Of a stretch of DNA of 47,184 nucleotides, positions 43,869 through 47,184 are shown one piece after another. Position 1 is the first letter of the stretch; every line of letters begins with the position of its first letter. The DNA comes from Minisyncoccota bacterium (GTDB lineage Bacteria > Patescibacteriota > Minisyncoccia > Phycocordibacterales > CAIRYW01). The translations under genes were made by a program, and so were the position numbers. Where the stretch lies: contig JBAYHV010000002.1 in NCBI GenBank assembly GCA_041665985.1, positions 1 to 47,184 on the forward strand, in the 5' to 3' direction. The notes under the pieces are model-generated. The model saw nothing but the letters and a program-made list of their open reading frames with translations. It searched no databases and had not been told where the DNA came from.

Positions 43869-45068
43869 CTAAATTGATGAAGACAGGTTATAGATAGGAA
43901 TAAGTACAGATGCCAAAAGAAAGGCTACTCCTAATCCTAAGGCTACGATCATTATAGGTTCGATCAGATCAACGAGAGTGTCCACAGCATTGACCACCTC
44001 TCTCTCGTAAAATTTTGCCAGAGTATCAAGAATTCTTCCAAGTTCTCCTGTTTCTTCTCCTACCTTTGCCATCTGAACAATAATTCCAGGAATTTGTTCA
44101 AATTTGGAAAAAGAATCAGAAAGAGTTGCTCCCCCTTTTACAGATTCAAGAGAAGAAAGAAGAATGGTTTGATAAACTTTGTTATCAACAACATCAGCCG
44201 TTAATTCAAGAGCTCTAAGCATTGGTACTCCAGAAGTAAGCAAAGTATTCATGTTGTCCGCAATTCTTGAAAGATAAAGTTTTTTATACAAAGTCCCAAT
44301 ATAAGGAACGCGTAATTGGAATTCAGATAAAGCGTAAGAACCTTTTTCTGTTTTGCTATATTTAATAATAAAGAAAACTCCAATAGCAGTTGCTATAACC
44401 AAAAATATTCCGTAATCCCGAAGAAAATTACTGATATTAATAACTATCTGCGTGTATATTGGAACAGCTTGTCCTGAATCAGTAATGATTGAAGTAATTT
44501 TTGGAATCACAACAGTAAACATAACGGCCATAACGGAAATGAAAGTAAAGACCACAAAGGCTGGGTAGATCAAAGCATTTTTTGCTTTTGATGATACTGC
44601 AAAACTTCTATCCAAATAATCTGCCAAATATGTAAAAGTTAGATCAAGTTTTCCAGATTCTTCTCCAGCTTTGACCATGTTCACATAAAAGTTTGAAAAA
44701 ACTTTTGGATGCTTTGATAAAGCTTTTGAGATCGCAGTTCCTCCTTGCAAGTCACTTGAAATTTCCACTAGCACCAAACCTAGCGCTGGATTATCCGCTT
44801 GATCAGAAAGCATTCTAAAAACTCTAAGAGCAGAAACTTGGGCACTAAAAAGAGTTGCAATTTGACGCGATAAAATAACAACATCTTTGTTCTTAACTCG
44901 ATTAAAAAAACTAAATGTTTGATTGAATCCTTTTTTTTCTTCATTAATACTTACGATCACAAGTCCTCTCTTTTGAATTGAGGCAATAGCACTGTCAGTA
45001 GAAACTGCATCTACAGATCCGCTTATTTGTCCGCCTTTTGGGTCTATTGCTTTGTAGTTGAAGAGCAT
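43869..45068 (-). CDS. pilC: Type IV pilus platform protein PilC (T2SS F family)
   Basis: 399 aa with two T2SSF repeats, three TM segments and the motif MVKAGEESGKL / MAKVGEETGEL. Confidence 0.9.
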   Translation of the reverse strand: MLFNYKAIDPKGGQISGSVDAVSTDSAIASIQKRGLVIVSINEEKKGFNQTFSFFNRVKNKDVVILSRQIATLFSAQVSALRVFRMLSDQADNPALGLVLVEISSDLQGGTAISKALSKHPKVFSNFYVNMVKAGEESGKLDLTFTYLADYLDRSFAVSSKAKNALIYPAFVVFTFISVMAVMFTVVIPKITSIITDSGQAVPIYTQIVINISNFLRDYGIFLVIATAIGVFFIIKYSKTEKGSYALSEFQLRVPYIGTLYKKLYLSRIADNMNTLLTSGVPMLRALELTADVVDNKVYQTILLSSLESVKGGATLSDSFSKFEQIPGIIVQMAKVGEETGELGRILDTLAKFYEREVVNAVDTLVDLIEPIMIVALGLGVAFLLASVLIPIYNLSSSI

Positions 45069-45245
45069 GAAAGTAAGTTAAAAGTTTATAAAGTTTGTAA
45101 AGTCAAAAATTCAAAAAAATTCTTTTGTCATCCCTGTGCAAACTACTTCAACACTGTAACTATGTGTATATAATACATCTTATCTTTAAAAATTTGAAAT
45201 GATTTAACGGGGCGTGATTTTTACACTCGTAAAAACTCCTTATTT

Positions 45246-46307
45246 TTATAACATCTTCTCGAGTGACTTTGGTTTGAACGCATACTTGTAAGCATTCTCA
45301 ATTGTAATCTCTCCTGCCCGCACTAAATCAGCCAAGCACCTATTCATATCAACCATTCCTTGTTCTGAACTTGTTTCAATAACGGTATTGATCTCATGAA
45401 CTCTTTTTTCGCGAATTAGGTTCGCTACAGCATCGTTGGCGATCAATAATTCATAAGCTGGAATTCTTCCACCTGAGATCCTAGGAATAAGTCTTTGTGA
45501 AAAAACTCCGATCAAAGATCCAGCAAGTTGAATTCTAATTTGCTCTTGCTGACCTGGCGGAAATGAATCGATAATTCTATCGATAGTTTGCGCTGCATTA
45601 TTTGTATGAAGTGTAGAAAAAACCAAATGTCCAGTTTCGGCAGCAGTTACAGCAGCAGACATTGTTTCAGCATCACGCATCTCACCTACCATGATAACAT
45701 TCATGTCTTCTCTAAGAGTTGAAACAAGAGCTGAATGAAAATCTTTTGTATCTATTTTTACTTCCCGTTGATCAATAACCGATTTTTTTTGATCATATGC
45801 ATATTCAATTGGATCTTCAATAGTTACAATGTGCTCTGCCCTTTCTTGATTTATTGTTTCGATCATTGAAGCAAGAGTTGTAGTTTTTCCTTGCCCTACT
45901 GGTCCTACAACTAAGAAAAAACCTTGTTTTCTTCTTGCAAAATCAGATAAGATCGAAGGTAATTTTAATTCTTCAATTGATTTAATTACTTTTGGAATTA
46001 ATCGGAGCGCAATAGAAATATGCCCTTGTTGAAAAAAAGCATTTCCTCTAAAACGTGCTTTACCCTCGAATTCATACGAAAAATCTATTTCCTTATTTAT
46101 TTCAAAAATATCTTCGAGCTCTGGCTTTACAAGTTTTCGAAGTATACCTCTAGTATCTTCAGTTGAAAGCTGTTCTTTTTTTACAAGCGGAATTAAACTA
46201 CCAGAAACTCTAATAGTTGGGTGTCTTTTTTCTGAGATATGCAAATCGGATGCACCTTCCCTGATAACTGTTTCGAGTAGATCTTTAATTTCTTTTTCGT
46301 AATCCAT
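45246..46307 (-). CDS. pilT: Type IV pilus retraction ATPase PilT
   Basis: 353 aa with ASDLHIS, Walker A GPVGQGKTTT, the Asp box and GHLVFSTLHTNNAAQTIDRIID. The size fits PilT, not PilB. Confidence 0.9.
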   Translation of the reverse strand: MDYEKEIKDLLETVIREGASDLHISEKRHPTIRVSGSLIPLVKKEQLSTEDTRGILRKLVKPELEDIFEINKEIDFSYEFEGKARFRGNAFFQQGHISIALRLIPKVIKSIEELKLPSILSDFARRKQGFFLVVGPVGQGKTTTLASMIETINQERAEHIVTIEDPIEYAYDQKKSVIDQREVKIDTKDFHSALVSTLREDMNVIMVGEMRDAETMSAAVTAAETGHLVFSTLHTNNAAQTIDRIIDSFPPGQQEQIRIQLAGSLIGVFSQRLIPRISGGRIPAYELLIANDAVANLIREKRVHEINTVIETSSEQGMVDMNRCLADLVRAGEITIENAYKYAFKPKSLEKML

Positions 46308-46333
46308 ATATTTGAAGTCAAAATTTAGAAGTC

Positions 46334-46428
46334 AAAATGCAAAATTGCAATTCAAAATTCAAAATTTCTCTTATTTAACTTTTTAATTTTTACTTGTAAT
46401 TTTGACCTTTGCATTTTAACTTTTAAAT
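46334..46428. repeat. AT-rich imperfect-palindrome intergenic element, copy B
   Basis: Same ordered blocks as 27011..27110. Arms are GTCAAAATGCAAAATTGCAA and TTGTAATTTTGACCTTTGCATTTT. Confidence 0.65.
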
Positions 46429-46432
46429 TATC

Positions 46433-46846
46433 TTAAAGATTATTAGCTCTTTTTTCTTCTACAATTCTTGAAACCTCTCTTAAAACTTCTGATGGAATGG
46501 TAGTAGCTTTTACAATGTATCCGTCAATTCTAAATACTTTTGCTTTATCAATATCACTTTGCGCACCCTGATTTGAAAGTAAAATTACAGCTGAATTATC
46601 TATAAGTTTTTCGTCACGCAAAATTTTTAATAACTCAAGTCCATCCATTCCAGGCATCACTACATCCAAAAGCACTACATCTGGATGAAGTCCTTGTCTA
46701 AATTTTTCTAAGGCTTCTTCTGAAGATTGAAAAGCTGTAATACCAACACCTTCTTTAGAAAATTTCATTGAATACATATTCAAAAGAAATTTATCATCAT
46801 CAACTAGTACCACAGTGTATTTTTTTGGATTTTTATCTTCTTCCAT
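46433..46846 (-). CDS. Single-domain response regulator (CheY/PilH-like receiver)
   Basis: 137 aa with VVLVDDD, DVVLLDVVMPGMDG, AVILLSN and the K of IVKAT. Confidence 0.9.
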   Translation of the reverse strand: MEEDKNPKKYTVVLVDDDKFLLNMYSMKFSKEGVGITAFQSSEEALEKFRQGLHPDVVLLDVVMPGMDGLELLKILRDEKLIDNSAVILLSNQGAQSDIDKAKVFRIDGYIVKATTIPSEVLREVSRIVEEKRANNL

Positions 46847-47184
46847 CCCGTTACTAGAATTTTAATTTATTAAATCTTTCGACTATTTTTTATATTTGAT
46901 ATTTTAAAGTATGTTTTGCAATATTAAACCTTATTTATTTGATTCATGTATCCCAAAGAAAAATTTAACTTTCTTGATTATGTTCAAATCATTTTCTTTA
47001 TAATTATACAACATATCTTGAAAAACTTTCCTCTAATAAAGTTCCTCGCAGCAAGCAGACAGAGGTATTAAATACCAGAACTCGCTTTTACCACAAGAGT
47101 ATTTCCAATTTCTACACGAGCAGAGCTCGTAAGAAATTTAGGTCGCTCGTACTTAATCCGCCCCAAGGGGCGGGGTATTTACCC

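Noticed and set aside
47050-47184. Possible C-terminal end of a minus-strand gene entering from the right edge (...GKYPAPWGGLSTSDLNFLRALLV stop), with the GC hairpin CCGCCCC AAGG GGCGGGG
   Set aside because: Only about 23 codons are visible and no family is recognisable. It could equally be an intergenic GC-rich hairpin of the same kind seen elsewhere, so it is not reported as a feature.

Overview
AT-rich (about one-third GC by eye), compact bacterial window with almost all genes on the minus strand. The gene content (sortase plus LPXTG protein, type IV pilus genes, short housekeeping proteins, intron-bearing tRNA) looks like Patescibacteria/CPR or a similar reduced Gram-positive-type lineage; that placement is inference only. 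Left to right: (1) a partial giant surface protein, an orphan receiver, a 1626-aa PAS/GAF histidine kinase and a membrane-anchored sugar-type binding protein. (2) An envelope block: PAP2-LssY fusion, sortase, cupin and two DUF3494 (ice-binding-like) proteins, one LPNTG-anchored and one frameshifted at a G9 tract. (3) Small hypotheticals, NUDIX, a second cupin, PhnA-like, a P-loop kinase, cyclophilin and a HEPN-like protein. (4) Housekeeping genes pyrG, ftsEX, prfB, gatCA and ligA, interleaved with a tRNA island: Gln, Thr x2, Asp, Met, and an initiator tRNA with a group I intron. (5) A type IV pilus locus: four minor-pilin-like genes, pilD, three pilins, pilC, pilT and a receiver, split by a RAYT/REP unit. 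Main observations: (a) a 134-bp TIR/TSD element sits in frame at the identical Gly-Phe-Thr prepilin codons of three consecutive minor pilin genes. (b) A family of short elements ending in TCGTGACC sits between three different tRNA genes and a duplicated tRNA 3' end, and can form tRNA-sized acceptor/T-arm-like modules. (c) GC-rich palindromic in-frame insertions occur in ligA, gatA and a DUF5069 gene, the last carrying an in-frame TGA. (d) The tRNA island also holds a frameshifted GIY-YIG gene, a LAGLIDADG-like gene and a group I intron. No rRNA and no CRISPR array were seen.
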